Part shown: positions 19,891 to 30,075 of the stretch, piece after piece
Layout: each line of letters begins with the position of its first letter
Numbering within the stretch: position 1 is the stretch's first letter
NCBI GenBank assembly: GCA_030706385.1
Contig: JAUZOQ010000001.1
Span: forward strand, 5,575 to 69,574
From: Bacteroidota bacterium
Lineage (GTDB): Bacteria > Bacteroidota > Ignavibacteria > Palsa-1295
Direction of reading: 5' to 3'
Length of the DNA stretch: 64,000 nucleotides
The notes under the pieces: model-generated
Database searches by the model: none
Told to the model about the DNA's origin: nothing
Seen by the model: only the letters and a program-made list of their open reading frames with translations
Made by a program: the position numbers and the translations under genes

Positions 19891-21186
19891 ATGTCTCTTG
19901 CCACGCTTCACGATACGATCTATGCTCTTTCAACACCTCCGGGCAAGAGTGCGATCGCCGTTATGCGAATCACAGGCCGTGATGCGATAAAAATATCTTC
20001 GAAGTGTATCAGCGATCCGGAAAGACTTTTCAGCACACGAGGCGGAGATTCGATCTATACCAATATCACCGATGAAAAAGGCAACCATGTTGACGATGTG
20101 ATCATCACGGTTTTTCGCGCGCCGCACTCCTACACCGGAGAGGATCTCATTGAGATTCATACGCATGGGTCTGTGCTGATCGTAGATCTTTTGCAGAACC
20201 TTCTCCAGTCAAGCGGGGCGCGGCTTGCAGAGCCGGGAGAGTTTTCACGCAGAGCCTATATGCATGGGAAGATCACGCTCGAAGAGCTTGAAGTGCTGAC
20301 TCTTCGGATCGATGCTTCAAGCGAGCGAGCCTTATCGAAAGTCGAATCACTTGTCGCAAGAAAATACGAGAAGCTCCGGAATATCTATGATGTTCTTATC
20401 GGCCTGCTTGCACAGGTAAATGCTCAAATTGATTTTGGTGAATCCGATCACGTACAGATCGAAGGACTCGAAGATCAGATCAAAGTCGCACGCACTTCCC
20501 TTCAAGAGTATATTGACCAGGCTTCAAGCAGATCTGCGAATAAAGGCTATTACTCCGTGGCGCTGGTCGGTCCGCCGAATGTTGGCAAGAGCAGCCTCTT
20601 CAATTCCCTTCTGCGCTATGAGCGATCTATCGTCAGTGAAGTGCCTGGTACGACGCGTGATTACCTTGAAGCATATCTTATCATAGATGGATTTCGAGTG
20701 AAGCTTATCGATACTGCCGGGCTTCGTGAAGCTCAGGAAGAAATTGAGTCGAAAGGAATTGCACTCGGCAAATCGGTTACGGAAGAATCTGATCTTACGT
20801 TGCGAATCACCGATCCCGAGAGTCGCGACGTCATCCCGCAGAATGGTGAAATTCTAGTTCATAATAAAGCTGATCTCGATCACTTCCAGAAAAAAATATT
20901 TGTTTCTGCAAAAACCGGAGAAGGGCTGCAGGAGCTTACGAATTTTCTGAAAGAGAAATTGGTAAGTCTGGATTCTCAATTTTCCTCCTACTCTGTCTCT
21001 GACTCCGAACGAAGCCTTATCAAGGAAGTGTTAAGAATCCTCGAAAATGTTGCCGAATTCGATGACGTCACCTTGCTTGCAGAGAATATCCGACGGAGTT
21101 CGGAAATCCTTGCTTCGCTCTTAGGACAGAACATCGGAGAAGACAGCCTGAACCATATATTCTTAAAAATGTGCATAGGAAAATAG
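19891..21186 (+). CDS. mnmE: tRNA modification GTPase MnmE (TrmE)
   Basis: N-terminal [15 protein letters not shown] domain, the G-domain P-loop [14 protein letters not shown] with DTAG, and the C-terminal CIGK motif. Confidence 0.9.
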   Translation: MSLATLHDTIYALSTPPGKSAIAVMRITGRDAIKISSKCISDPERLFSTRGGDSIYTNITDEKGNHVDDVIITVFRAPHSYTGEDLIEIHTHGSVLIVDLLQNLLQSSGARLAEPGEFSRRAYMHGKITLEELEVLTLRIDASSERALSKVESLVARKYEKLRNIYDVLIGLLAQVNAQIDFGESDHVQIEGLEDQIKVARTSLQEYIDQASSRSANKGYYSVALVGPPNVGKSSLFNSLLRYERSIVSEVPGTTRDYLEAYLIIDGFRVKLIDTAGLREAQEEIESKGIALGKSVTEESDLTLRITDPESRDVIPQNGEILVHNKADLDHFQKKIFVSAKTGEGLQELTNFLKEKLVSLDSQFSSYSVSDSERSLIKEVLRILENVAEFDDVTLLAENIRRSSEILASLLGQNIGEDSLNHIFLKMCIGK

Positions 21187-21220
21187 CTATTTCATAGATT
21201 ATAGCTATAGCCCTAAATAT

Positions 21221-21233
21221 TTCCACGTGGAAC
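21221..21233. repeat. palindrome TTCCACGTGGAAC (copy 1, overlapping the mnmG start codon)
   Basis: Exact palindromic core CCACGTGG flanked by TT/AA. The same 13-mer recurs at 23065-23078 immediately after the mnmG stop. Confidence 0.6.
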
Positions 21234-23062
21234 GATTATTCGCAAATATCATCGTTATCGGAGGCGGTCATGCCGGGATAGAGGCAGCTGCTTCGGCACA
21301 TCGGATGGGCCTGAAAGTCAGGCTTTTATCTCTGCGCGCCGATAAGGTCGGTGAGTTATCCTGCAACCCAGCTATCGGTGGAACAGCAAAGGGCCAGGTA
21401 GTGAAGGAGATCGATGCGCTCGGCGGTTTGATGGGTGAAATTGCTGATGAATGCACCTTGCATTTCCGTATGCTGAATAAGTCCAAAGGTCCTGCTATTT
21501 GGTCTCCGAGAGCGCAAGTATCGAGATCCCTTTATCCCGTTGTCGCTCAGCGGAAGCTGCGGGAGTTGGATCCGGAGATCATTGTAGAAGCAAGAGTTGA
21601 AAAGGTTTGGATAGAGGCTGGCAAGATTCGAGGTGTTGTTCTTTCAGATGGAACAAAGCTAAGTGCTAATGCCGTGATTATCTCTGCCGGGACATTTCTC
21701 AATGGAGTAATGCATACCGGTCTTGACAAGACGATCGGAGGCAGATTCGGTGAAGAGCCTACTTCTCTAAGGACAGAGCCCGAGGGAGCTTTATCGCTCC
21801 AGACGCATAGGCTGAAAACCGGGACACCGCCAAGGATATCGCTCAAGAGCATCAATCTTGATAATCTCGAAATTCAGCCGGGCGATACCGATCTTATTCC
21901 ATTCTCCTTGAGAACTCAGACAAAACCCAAGAATAAGATCCATTGCTATATTACCTATACTTCGGAGGTAACTCATGCCGAGTTAGCCAAAGGGTTTGAG
22001 GATTCTCCGATGTTCAGTGGGCGAATTCAGGGGAAGGGGCCGCGCTACTGCCCTTCGATCGAAGATAAAGTCACACGTTTCCCCGAGAAGACTCAGCATC
22101 ATATTTTCCTGGAGCCTGAGGAAGAAGATGGAGATGTCGTCTATGTCAATGGCTTTTCTACAAGCCTTCCCGCCGATATTCAACTCCAGGCGCTGAAGAC
22201 CATTCCGGGACTCGAGAACGTTGAAATGCTCCGGCCTGGATATGCTGTCGAATACGATTATTTCCCGGCCTACCAGCTGTACCATACTCTTGAGAGCAAG
22301 TATGTCGAAGGGCTTTATTTCGCCGGCCAGGTAAATGGCACTTCAGGCTATGAAGAAGCCGCAGCTCAAGGATTGGTTGCCGGAGTCAATGCAGCTGCAA
22401 AGATCAAGGGCATGCCGGAGTTTATTGTTGCAAGGGATGAAGGCTATATCGGAGTTCTTGTCGATGATCTCATTAATAAGATTCAGGAAGAGCCCTATCG
22501 GCTCTTCACTTCTAGCGCCGAGTATAGGTTGATCCTCAGGCAGGATAATGCCGATCTTCGACTAACACAGAAGGCACTTGATTATGGTCTTATTAATTCT
22601 GAAGAGTATAACCGGGTTCAGGAAAAGAAAATCCTTCTTGACAAGCTTCTCACCTGGACCGAGACGGAGAAGATCACTATCTCGACCAACCCCCTAGTTC
22701 GTCAGACTGCTCGAGCATACATGGTCAGCGGCGGCAATGGAATTGAAGAGCTTCTAAGAGGCACGGCATTTCCATCGGAGTTCACAGCGATGGTATCGGA
22801 GAATACTGAACTTCTTCAACTTGCCAATACTGAGATAAAATACGAAGGCTATATCAAGCAGCATCGGCAACAGATCGAGAGATTCCGATCGAGTGAGCTG
22901 CGAACTATCCCTAAGAATTTTTTATTCAATAACTTGCGGGCACTCAGTACCGAAGCACGGGAGGTATTTGAGAAAGTGAGACCGGAAACTATCGGCCAGG
23001 CATCAAGGCTTCCAGGCGTTGCACCCACCGATATTTCGATTCTCATGGGTGCGTTAAAGTAA
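21227..23062 (+). CDS. mnmG: tRNA uridine 5-carboxymethylaminomethyl modification enzyme MnmG (GidA)
   Basis: FAD-binding N-terminus [14 protein letters not shown], conserved MnmG core ([32 protein letters not shown]), 611 aa. The track start is GTG 21227 inside the palindrome. Confidence 0.92.
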   Translation: MERLFANIIVIGGGHAGIEAAASAHRMGLKVRLLSLRADKVGELSCNPAIGGTAKGQVVKEIDALGGLMGEIADECTLHFRMLNKSKGPAIWSPRAQVSRSLYPVVAQRKLRELDPEIIVEARVEKVWIEAGKIRGVVLSDGTKLSANAVIISAGTFLNGVMHTGLDKTIGGRFGEEPTSLRTEPEGALSLQTHRLKTGTPPRISLKSINLDNLEIQPGDTDLIPFSLRTQTKPKNKIHCYITYTSEVTHAELAKGFEDSPMFSGRIQGKGPRYCPSIEDKVTRFPEKTQHHIFLEPEEEDGDVVYVNGFSTSLPADIQLQALKTIPGLENVEMLRPGYAVEYDYFPAYQLYHTLESKYVEGLYFAGQVNGTSGYEEAAAQGLVAGVNAAAKIKGMPEFIVARDEGYIGVLVDDLINKIQEEPYRLFTSSAEYRLILRQDNADLRLTQKALDYGLINSEEYNRVQEKKILLDKLLTWTETEKITISTNPLVRQTARAYMVSGGNGIEELLRGTAFPSEFTAMVSENTELLQLANTEIKYEGYIKQHRQQIERFRSSELRTIPKNFLFNNLRALSTEAREVFEKVRPETIGQASRLPGVAPTDISILMGALK

Positions 23063-23064
23063 TT

Positions 23065-23078
23065 GTTCCACGTGGAAC
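23065..23078. repeat. palindrome GTTCCACGTGGAAC (copy 2, between mnmG and murQ)
   Basis: Perfect 14-bp palindrome 3 nt after the mnmG stop, sharing 13/13 with the copy at 21221-21233. Confidence 0.6.
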
Positions 23079-23120
23079 ACGCATTTTATCTATATTATTC
23101 ACATTTTTCTTAATTCTTTT

Positions 23121-24035
23121 GTGGCTATTAATACTCTTTTTGCCGAATTGGGCAACTTAACGACGGAGCAGCGCAATTCTAACTCCATGAATTTAGATAG
23201 CATGTCGGTCAAGTCGATACTTGAGCTGATCAATGACGAAGATGCGAAGGTTGCCTCCGTAGTCCGGAATGAAATTCCCCACATAGAAAAGGTCGTTGAG
23301 AAGCTGGTGATCCTATTGAAAAATGGTGGCCGACTGTTTTATGTAGGCGCAGGAACAAGCGGGCGCATGGGAGTCATCGATGCTGCTGAGTGTCCTCCAA
23401 CGTTCGGAACACCCGTAGCAATGATTCAAGCTCTGATCGCCGGGGGAAACGAAGCCGTCTTCCGTTCGCAAGAAGGAGCAGAGGATAAGGAAGATCGCGG
23501 AGCCCTGGAAGTTGCGTTGCAGCGCGTTTCTCCGAAGGATATGGTCATCGGCATCGCTGCAAGCAAGCGAACGCCGTTTGTTCTCGGAGCGCTCAAGAAA
23601 ACATTCGAATTGAAGTCCACGGCCGTTCTCATCACGACCAATCCTCGCGAGACGATCGATAGCAGTTATCTTTTTGAATCGATCTGTCCTGTCGTCGGTC
23701 CTGAAGTATTAATGGGTTCGACGCGGATGAAATCGGCAATAGCACAGAAGATGATCTTAACGATGATCACAACGACGACGATGGTCCGTCTCGGAAAAGT
23801 GTATGAGAACATGATGGTCGATCTCCAACTCACGAACCAGAAACTCACGGAGCGAGCAAAGAAAATAATCATGCTGGCAACTTCATGCTCGTACGAGGAA
23901 GCAGCTGAAGTTCTGAAGTCATCGGGCAATCATGTCAAGACTGCCATCGTCATGAAAAAACTCGGACTCAATGCCATCGAAGCAAAAAAGAAAGTAGAGG
24001 AGGCCGAAGGATTTGTGAGAAGAGCAATTTCCTAG
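23121..24035 (+). CDS. murQ: N-acetylmuramic acid 6-phosphate etherase
   Basis: SIS-domain protein with MurQ hallmarks (FYVGAGTSGRMGVIDAAECPPTFG; ...GSTRMKSAIAQKMILTM), ~300 aa. Confidence 0.85.
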   Translation: MAINTLFAELGNLTTEQRNSNSMNLDSMSVKSILELINDEDAKVASVVRNEIPHIEKVVEKLVILLKNGGRLFYVGAGTSGRMGVIDAAECPPTFGTPVAMIQALIAGGNEAVFRSQEGAEDKEDRGALEVALQRVSPKDMVIGIAASKRTPFVLGALKKTFELKSTAVLITTNPRETIDSSYLFESICPVVGPEVLMGSTRMKSAIAQKMILTMITTTTMVRLGKVYENMMVDLQLTNQKLTERAKKIIMLATSCSYEEAAEVLKSSGNHVKTAIVMKKLGLNAIEAKKKVEEAEGFVRRAIS

Positions 24036-24213
24036 GCTCTTACGAAAACGTAGTATAGGCTCAATGTTAATTAGGGTTCGACAACTCCCATAAGTTGCTT
24101 GTTCACCAGTTATGATAATAACTAGAAGTTTGGCGAAATCGAAAGCTCCTACAACTAGCATTTATCGCATTAACTTCTTAAATAATAACGGAAGGTCACT
24201 ACCTTAACTTACC

Positions 24214-25434
24214 ATGAGGATTAATTGCAAGCTGTTCGTTATTTGTGCCGTAATAGCATTCTCTATGCCTGCTTCAGCACAAGACAAGATGCAAGATTTC
24301 CTGAATAGCTGCAATTCCACCATAAACGGAATATACAGTGGGTCCATTTCATATTCTATCACTACAAAACACTTTCTAAATAACGTATTCAGAGATTCCA
24401 AGAATCAATTGCTGTTCAGCTACCGAACAAATGTACCCGATAGCATGAGTTTTGTTTTGAAGAAAGAGAATGGCGACATAATTCTTTATGACTATAAACA
24501 CTATTCCGTTTACTTAGCAAACCAGAAGAAGATCATAGAATCTAGTCCTTCATGGCATCAGGTAAGAACGCAGGTGCGGATGGAATTATGTCCGCTTGTA
24601 ACTCGAACCGAAAACGTTTTTCGATCTATCGGAGATTCGGCCCATCTCATCTACCGGACTTTTCGCGACACATCTATTGAAGGGAAGGAGTATTATGTAG
24701 TAAACCTTATCCGCAAGGAGGAATTAATGGCCGGCGGTAGTATTGCAGATAGTTCGTCAATTAGATCCTCACGGTTTGTCTTCGACGCTCGTACCAAACT
24801 ACCCCATAGTTTTCAAGAATCAGTCAGTTGGAGAAAGGATAGCCAATACACGGTAATTCGTTTCGATTCTATTTCCTCGGTGAACTCCATTTCGTCTGAT
24901 AAGCTCTTGAGTCATATTCATTCGTTGCGCGATAGTTTAAAGTCTCTGAAGGATATTGTGATTGAAGAAAAAAGTAACAAACCTCCAAAAGCGAAAGAAC
25001 TACTAAAAAATGATACCTATGCTTATAATGTACGGTTCATTACGCCAGAAAGTGATACGATGCATTTGGCAAATGTTGACTCCAAATTGACCTTGCTAGA
25101 ATTTTGGTACATAACCTGTTTTCCTTGCCAACTTCAAATACCACTACTTAACAGAATCGATCAAAAATATAAGAATAAAGGACTGATGATAATTGCTTTG
25201 GACCCGTTCGATGACGTCCGATCTGAGAGAATGCATGAACATATTACAAAAAACCAAATAGGCTACCAAGTTGCCTCCGTGTCAAAATTAATCGCAGAAC
25301 AAAAGTTTAATGTAGATGCGTACCCGGCTTTATATCTACTAGACAAAGATAAGAAGGTAATTTTTTCCAATGTTGGGTATGGTGAAAATTTAGAACAAAC
25401 ACTCGAGGATATTATTGAACAGAATCTCCGATGA
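24214..25434 (+). CDS. secreted TlpA-like thiol:disulfide oxidoreductase with N-terminal extracytoplasmic domain
   Basis: Signal peptide (MRINCKLFVICAVIAFSMPASAQ). The C-terminal thioredoxin fold carries the CxxC-type active site FWYITCFPCQ and AhpC/TSA-TlpA-like spacing. The gene and its upstream intergenic region are markedly AT-richer than their neighbours. Confidence 0.6.
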   Translation: MRINCKLFVICAVIAFSMPASAQDKMQDFLNSCNSTINGIYSGSISYSITTKHFLNNVFRDSKNQLLFSYRTNVPDSMSFVLKKENGDIILYDYKHYSVYLANQKKIIESSPSWHQVRTQVRMELCPLVTRTENVFRSIGDSAHLIYRTFRDTSIEGKEYYVVNLIRKEELMAGGSIADSSSIRSSRFVFDARTKLPHSFQESVSWRKDSQYTVIRFDSISSVNSISSDKLLSHIHSLRDSLKSLKDIVIEEKSNKPPKAKELLKNDTYAYNVRFITPESDTMHLANVDSKLTLLEFWYITCFPCQLQIPLLNRIDQKYKNKGLMIIALDPFDDVRSERMHEHITKNQIGYQVASVSKLIAEQKFNVDAYPALYLLDKDKKVIFSNVGYGENLEQTLEDIIEQNLR

Positions 25435-25548
25435 AGTTGCATCTAAAACTAAGGCTTTTGCCACTTGATCGCTAGACACTGAAAACGTCTCCGCCTGTAT
25501 TTGCTCACTCCCTTCTTCGTATCTTTGCCTTCCAGACTTTAATATTGC

Positions 25549-26454
25549 ATGGGAGAAATCTTACAACAGCTTGTTAACGGCATCTCGCTTGGCGCTATCT
25601 ATGCCTTGATCGCACTTGGCTATACGATGATCTATGGCGTGCTTCGCTTCATCAATTTTGCGCACGGCGATGTCTTTATGGTTGGCTCCTTCGTAGCTTA
25701 CTATACTGCAACGGCTGTGAGCAAATTTTTTCCTGTTGGAAGCGTGCCTGCAGCCATTATCATCTTTCTTGTATCGATGGTATTCTGTGCAGTGCTCGGA
25801 GCAACGATCGAGTTTCTTGCCTACCGTCCATTGCGCATTCGTCCGAAGCTGACGGTTCTCATTACGGCGATCGGCGTTTCTCTTTTTCTCGAATATCTTT
25901 CGCAGCTTTTATTCGGCGCTACGCCTCGCGGATTTCCGGAGATCATCTCGAACGCTCCGTTCTATAAATCGAAGCTGGTTACGATCAATACGGTTCAGAC
26001 TGTCGTCATCATCACGTCTTTATCGCTCATGCTTGTGCTTCGCCTTGTCGTCATGAAGACAAAGATCGGAACGGCAATGCGCGCCGTGAGCTTTAACCAG
26101 CAGGCTGCAAGCCTCATGGGAATCAATATCTCGAGCGTCATCACCTTCACGTTCATGATCGGCAGCGCTCTTGCTGCAGCAGGTGGTGTGCTTTATGGCG
26201 CTCAATATCCGAGCATCGATCCGCTGATGGGAATCATGCCGGGCCTGAAAGCATTCGTAGCCGCAGTACTCGGTGGGATTGGAAATATTCCTGGTGCTGC
26301 TATCGGGGGATTTATCATTGGAACAGTTGAGACTTTTATTGCAGGTACATTCCTATCTACATACCGAGATGCCATCGTCTTTGCCATTCTGATCGGAATC
26401 CTGATCTTTAAGCCAAGCGGCATCATGGGTAAGTACGAAGCAGAGAAAGTATAA
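25549..26454 (+). CDS. livH: branched-chain amino acid ABC transporter permease (LivH-type)
   Basis: ~300-aa 8-10 TM permease with a typical LivH N-terminus (ILQQLVNGISLGAIYALIALGYTMIYGVLRFINFAHGD). Confidence 0.85.
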   Translation: MGEILQQLVNGISLGAIYALIALGYTMIYGVLRFINFAHGDVFMVGSFVAYYTATAVSKFFPVGSVPAAIIIFLVSMVFCAVLGATIEFLAYRPLRIRPKLTVLITAIGVSLFLEYLSQLLFGATPRGFPEIISNAPFYKSKLVTINTVQTVVIITSLSLMLVLRLVVMKTKIGTAMRAVSFNQQAASLMGINISSVITFTFMIGSALAAAGGVLYGAQYPSIDPLMGIMPGLKAFVAAVLGGIGNIPGAAIGGFIIGTVETFIAGTFLSTYRDAIVFAILIGILIFKPSGIMGKYEAEKV

Positions 26455-26459
26455 TACAC

Positions 26460-27437
26460 ATGAAACCGCAATTCACTTTTCTTCTTGTCTTCGCCGCATT
26501 GGCCGCCCTGTCGTTCACGATGGGCGCAGTCGATCCGTATTATTTGACGGTGATCATCTTCATCGGCATTAATATTACGATGGCAACAAGCCTTAACCTG
26601 ATCAATGGCTTTACCGGTCAGTTCTCTCTTGGCCATGCGGGCTTCATGGGAGTCGGTGCCTATATCGCTGCCATCATCTCGACGTATCTAACGACTCATG
26701 GAATGTCATCCGATGGCGTATCCGGAATTCTCGTACTTGCAGCATCCCTTCTCGGCGGCGGACTCTTTGCCGCATTAACAGGCCTTGCAGTGGGCATTCC
26801 AAGTTTGCGGCTAAAAGGCGACTATCTCGCCATCGTTACACTTGGCTTCAACGAGATCATCCGTGTTATTATTCAGAACGTGGATTTCAAGATCGCCGGT
26901 ACACATTACGTTGGGGGCGCCAGAGGTTTTGCAGTGCCTCAGCTATCGACATTTCTCTGGGTCTATGGAATAGCTCTTGTCGTTGTCTACTTCGTCGAGA
27001 ATGTCATTCACTCGACTTATGGCCGCGGCTTCCTGGCTGTGCGTGACGATGAAGTTGCTGCAGAGGCAATGGGAATCAATTCTACGAGATTCAAGGTGAA
27101 AGCATTCGTTATCGGAGCATTTTTCGCCGGCATTGGCGGAGGATTATTCGCACACTATATTCAGTACATCACTCCGGATAATTTTACCTTCCTCAAATCC
27201 ATCGAGATCGTCGTCATGGTCATATTAGGCGGAATGGGCTCGACATATGGAGTAATACTTGCTGCCATCATTCTCACGATCTTGCCGGAAGCACTGCGCG
27301 AATTCTCGGATTACCGAATGATCATTTACTCCTTGCTCCTCATCATTCTGATGATCTCTCGCCCGCAAGGGCTCTTTGGAAATGCCTCGATCAAGAAATT
27401 CTTGGCAAAATGGAAAACCGGAACGGCAACAAATTAG
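26460..27437 (+). CDS. livM: branched-chain amino acid ABC transporter permease (LivM-type)
   Basis: Immediately follows livH. LivM-like polytopic permease (NLINGFTGQFSLGHAGFMGVGAYIAA). Confidence 0.85.
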   Translation: MKPQFTFLLVFAALAALSFTMGAVDPYYLTVIIFIGINITMATSLNLINGFTGQFSLGHAGFMGVGAYIAAIISTYLTTHGMSSDGVSGILVLAASLLGGGLFAALTGLAVGIPSLRLKGDYLAIVTLGFNEIIRVIIQNVDFKIAGTHYVGGARGFAVPQLSTFLWVYGIALVVVYFVENVIHSTYGRGFLAVRDDEVAAEAMGINSTRFKVKAFVIGAFFAGIGGGLFAHYIQYITPDNFTFLKSIEIVVMVILGGMGSTYGVILAAIILTILPEALREFSDYRMIIYSLLLIILMISRPQGLFGNASIKKFLAKWKTGTATN

Positions 27438-27449
27438 CAGGAGAGAACT

Positions 27450-27968
27450 ATGGATAGATTATTCTCTCCCTGGAGAAGCAAGTACATCGAGTCATTCAAG
27501 ATCCACGACCTCAAGAAGCAGGAAGCCGAATGCGTATTCTGCTCTGCGCTGAAAAGCAATGATGATAAAGATAGACTGGTCATCCACCGTGGAAAGCTTG
27601 CCTTCGTCATTATGAATCTCTATCCCTACAATAGCGGCCACCTCATGGTTGTGCCCAATAGACATACGGCGGAATTCCACTCACTCACCGATGCCGAGAA
27701 TGCCGAATGCATGTCTTTGCTTCAAACAGCGCAGAAGGCCCTCATCGAACTTTCCCGCCCGCATGGATATAATATCGGCATGAATTTGGGCAAGGCCGGC
27801 GGCGCCGGAATCGACGACCATCTTCATTGGCATCTTGTACCACGCTGGAATGGCGACACGAATTTTATGCCGATTCTGGCCGATATCAAAATGGTCTCCG
27901 AAGATATGGATAGGCAGTGGGAAGGTCTGAAAAAGTTTTTTTCGGCAAATTTGAGTGCCGGTGCGTAA
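27450..27968 (+). CDS. HIT-family nucleotide hydrolase/transferase
   Basis: Histidine-triad motif HLHWHLVPR with upstream NSGHLMVVP, 172 aa. Confidence 0.8.
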   Translation: MDRLFSPWRSKYIESFKIHDLKKQEAECVFCSALKSNDDKDRLVIHRGKLAFVIMNLYPYNSGHLMVVPNRHTAEFHSLTDAENAECMSLLQTAQKALIELSRPHGYNIGMNLGKAGGAGIDDHLHWHLVPRWNGDTNFMPILADIKMVSEDMDRQWEGLKKFFSANLSAGA

Positions 27969-28015
27969 CTTTTGGGCTGTATAGGGGGTTATTTAAGAAA
28001 GACTTTTTCTATCCG

Positions 28016-28819
28016 ATGCCTATGAAATATCTGATACTTCTTATTCTCACTTCCCCCCTATTCCTATTATCACAGAAAGCCGAAGCCTTCGGCCAGATCG
28101 ATTCCGTTTATGCAGATTCTATCTATGCCGATATTGCCATCAGCATTACTAATCCTACGGCGGCTCTGAAGAAGCCGGATCATAATTATGCTCAGCTAAC
28201 AGGCATTGGCCCTACGATGGATATTGCATTCAAGAAGCCACGCAGCTCGAAGATCCAGAATATCAAGGCCAACTCAAAGATCCTTATCTGGGGAAAGAAG
28301 GATCCTGCTGCCGATAGCTCCGCGGCAAAGGTCACACTCTGGTTCGATGATGGAAGTGGAATCGCATATAATACCGGTGCGACGCCAGTGTATTTTGATG
28401 ATACCCTGAAAGTGATTAACGTCGATGGGAGAGATTATACATATATCGAGGTAAGCCTTGCCCAGAACGAAGCAGGCAAGGGCGCAACAAGTTTCTTTAT
28501 CGATGCCATTGCCGTAGTCGAAGATACGACAACTCCACTTGCAGTCAGGACTGCGCCGAGCATGGTGAATGCCATCTCTTCATATCCGAATCCATTTTTT
28601 GCTTCGACGACGATACACTTTGAGCTTGAAACAGAAGGTGATATCGAGCTTGCCGTCGTCGATGGACTCGGCAGAGAAGTTGACCATGTGAATGCCGGAT
28701 ATCTGCAACAGGGCTCGCACGAGATTCCTTTAGCCATCAAGTCGCCGGGCTTCTATTTCGTACGGGTACTCATGAATGGGCAACCTGTCGGAAATCCTCT
28801 GAAGATCAATTCGAGGTAA
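28016..28819 (+). CDS. secreted hypothetical protein with T9SS C-terminal sorting domain
   Basis: Start placed at ATG 28016/28022 (MPMKYLILLILTSPLFLLSQKAEA signal peptide); the track ORF start at 27917 overlaps the HIT gene. C-terminal SSYPNPFFASTTIHFEL...GFYFVRVLMNGQ is a typical Por_Secre_tail. Confidence 0.65.
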   Translation: MPMKYLILLILTSPLFLLSQKAEAFGQIDSVYADSIYADIAISITNPTAALKKPDHNYAQLTGIGPTMDIAFKKPRSSKIQNIKANSKILIWGKKDPAADSSAAKVTLWFDDGSGIAYNTGATPVYFDDTLKVINVDGRDYTYIEVSLAQNEAGKGATSFFIDAIAVVEDTTTPLAVRTAPSMVNAISSYPNPFFASTTIHFELETEGDIELAVVDGLGREVDHVNAGYLQQGSHEIPLAIKSPGFYFVRVLMNGQPVGNPLKINSR

Positions 28820-28821
28820 GG

Positions 28822-29040
28822 GTGACGCTCAAAGACATTCTGCCCAGGCTCGTAGTCATTATCATATTCGCTACCGGAGCAATATTTGCCTATATCGAAA
28901 GCATCTACATGCGCGATCATGCAGCATCGCTTGGAGAGAAAGGAAGTTCGGTAGCGACGTGGATGTGGATCTATCGTATTCTTGCCATGGCTCTTGCGCT
29001 GGCATCATCATACATCGCCGGAGGCTATTGGAGGCGTTGA
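28822..29040 (+). CDS. small 2-TM membrane protein (hypothetical)
   Basis: 72 aa, two hydrophobic helices, starts 3 nt after the preceding stop. No homology basis. Confidence 0.3.
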   Translation: MTLKDILPRLVVIIIFATGAIFAYIESIYMRDHAASLGEKGSSVATWMWIYRILAMALALASSYIAGGYWRR

Positions 29041-29070
29041 GTTTTCTAATTGAACCGTTAACTCATTCTT

Positions 29071-29421
29071 ATGAAACCGTTATTCGTTTTTCTTTGCGCG
29101 ATCGTGCTTTTCGGTTGCTCCGATAATACGACAACCTATACCGTTCACGAACAAGTTATCACTCCGCGTACGTTAACCTTCGCACATTCGGATGCGATGA
29201 AGACATTATCGATCACTCATACCTGCACCTGCCCGTTCAGCTGGAATATTAATGTGCTTACTTCGACGCAGGTGTTGAAGGATACGAGTGGATACGGAGA
29301 TAACACACAAGTACCGATCTCAATTGATCGCTCGAAGCTCACTGCCGATACTTTGCATTCGATGCTTGAAATTGCATCGAGCTACGGAAGAGATACGATT
29401 ACCGTGACTGTTCTGAAATAA
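29071..29421 (+). CDS. small lipoprotein, unknown function
   Basis: Signal peptide plus lipobox (VLFGCSDNTT), 116 aa. Confidence 0.45.
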   Translation: MKPLFVFLCAIVLFGCSDNTTTYTVHEQVITPRTLTFAHSDAMKTLSITHTCTCPFSWNINVLTSTQVLKDTSGYGDNTQVPISIDRSKLTADTLHSMLEIASSYGRDTITVTVLK

Positions 29422-29493
29422 CCCTCCATTTACGCAAGCGTATTCCTTTCGCTGATCTGAACGGACCCGATCGTTTTCTTAGAGAAGACAAAG

Positions 29494-29526
29494 AAAAAGC
29501 CCCGGAACATGTTCCGGGGCTTTTTA
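29494..29526. terminator. bidirectional rho-independent terminator
   Basis: aaaaaGCCCCGGAACATGTTCCGGGGCttttt: a perfect GC-rich palindromic stem flanked by A5 and T5, between convergent genes (29071..29421 plus, 29550..29804 minus). Confidence 0.7.
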
Positions 29527-29549
29527 CAAAAAGTGAAAGAAGAGAAGAA

Positions 29550-29804
29550 TTATTTGCTTTTCTTCTCGCCTTCTTTTTTCATCTTGTCAGCGTCCTTCTT
29601 CATCTGATCAGCATCCTTCTTCTGCTGTTCACCCTTAACCGAATCCACAGGAACCGGAGTAGGAGCAGGTGTAGGAGCCGGAGCAGGAGCAGGAGTCATC
29701 ATTGAATCTGCGGGCTTGACTTCTTCAGCCTTCTTGCCACAGGAGATCACGCTAAACGACATTGCCGTAAAAGCACCAAGCACAAATAGATTACGAAGCC
29801 TCAT
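29550..29804 (-). CDS. small secreted Pro/Ala-rich, Lys-rich lipoprotein
   Basis: Signal peptide plus lipobox (FSVISCGKK), a PAPAPAPTPAPTPVP linker, and C-terminal KKDADQMKKDADKMKKEGEKKSK repeats. Confidence 0.5.
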   Translation of the reverse strand: MRLRNLFVLGAFTAMSFSVISCGKKAEEVKPADSMMTPAPAPAPTPAPTPVPVDSVKGEQQKKDADQMKKDADKMKKEGEKKSK

Positions 29805-30075
29805 TGAATTACCTCTTAAATAAGTGAATAATGAAAAAAACAGCTATACTCTAACCCCTGCCGAGCACATATTCCGGCCGACGACCCGAGTACAACTTCC
29901 AGTTAAATAAACAACCTGACTACAAATATACTAAATTCAAGCGCTCTATTACAAAATTCCGTCCAAAAGCGTTTCCCGAATAAGTTCGCCCCGGCACCCC
30001 TAATTGCCATCACCTTCGAGCCTTAATCGAAAAGAATTGAACTCTCGGCAGTAATCGCGGCGTTCTCTCCCAACT

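Noticed and set aside
29805-30075. 270-bp leader upstream of cysS, considered as a possible T-box or riboswitch
   Set aside because: It has no T-box specifier or antiterminator consensus (AGGGUGGNACCGCG) and no recognisable riboswitch core, so it was left as an ordinary promoter/leader.
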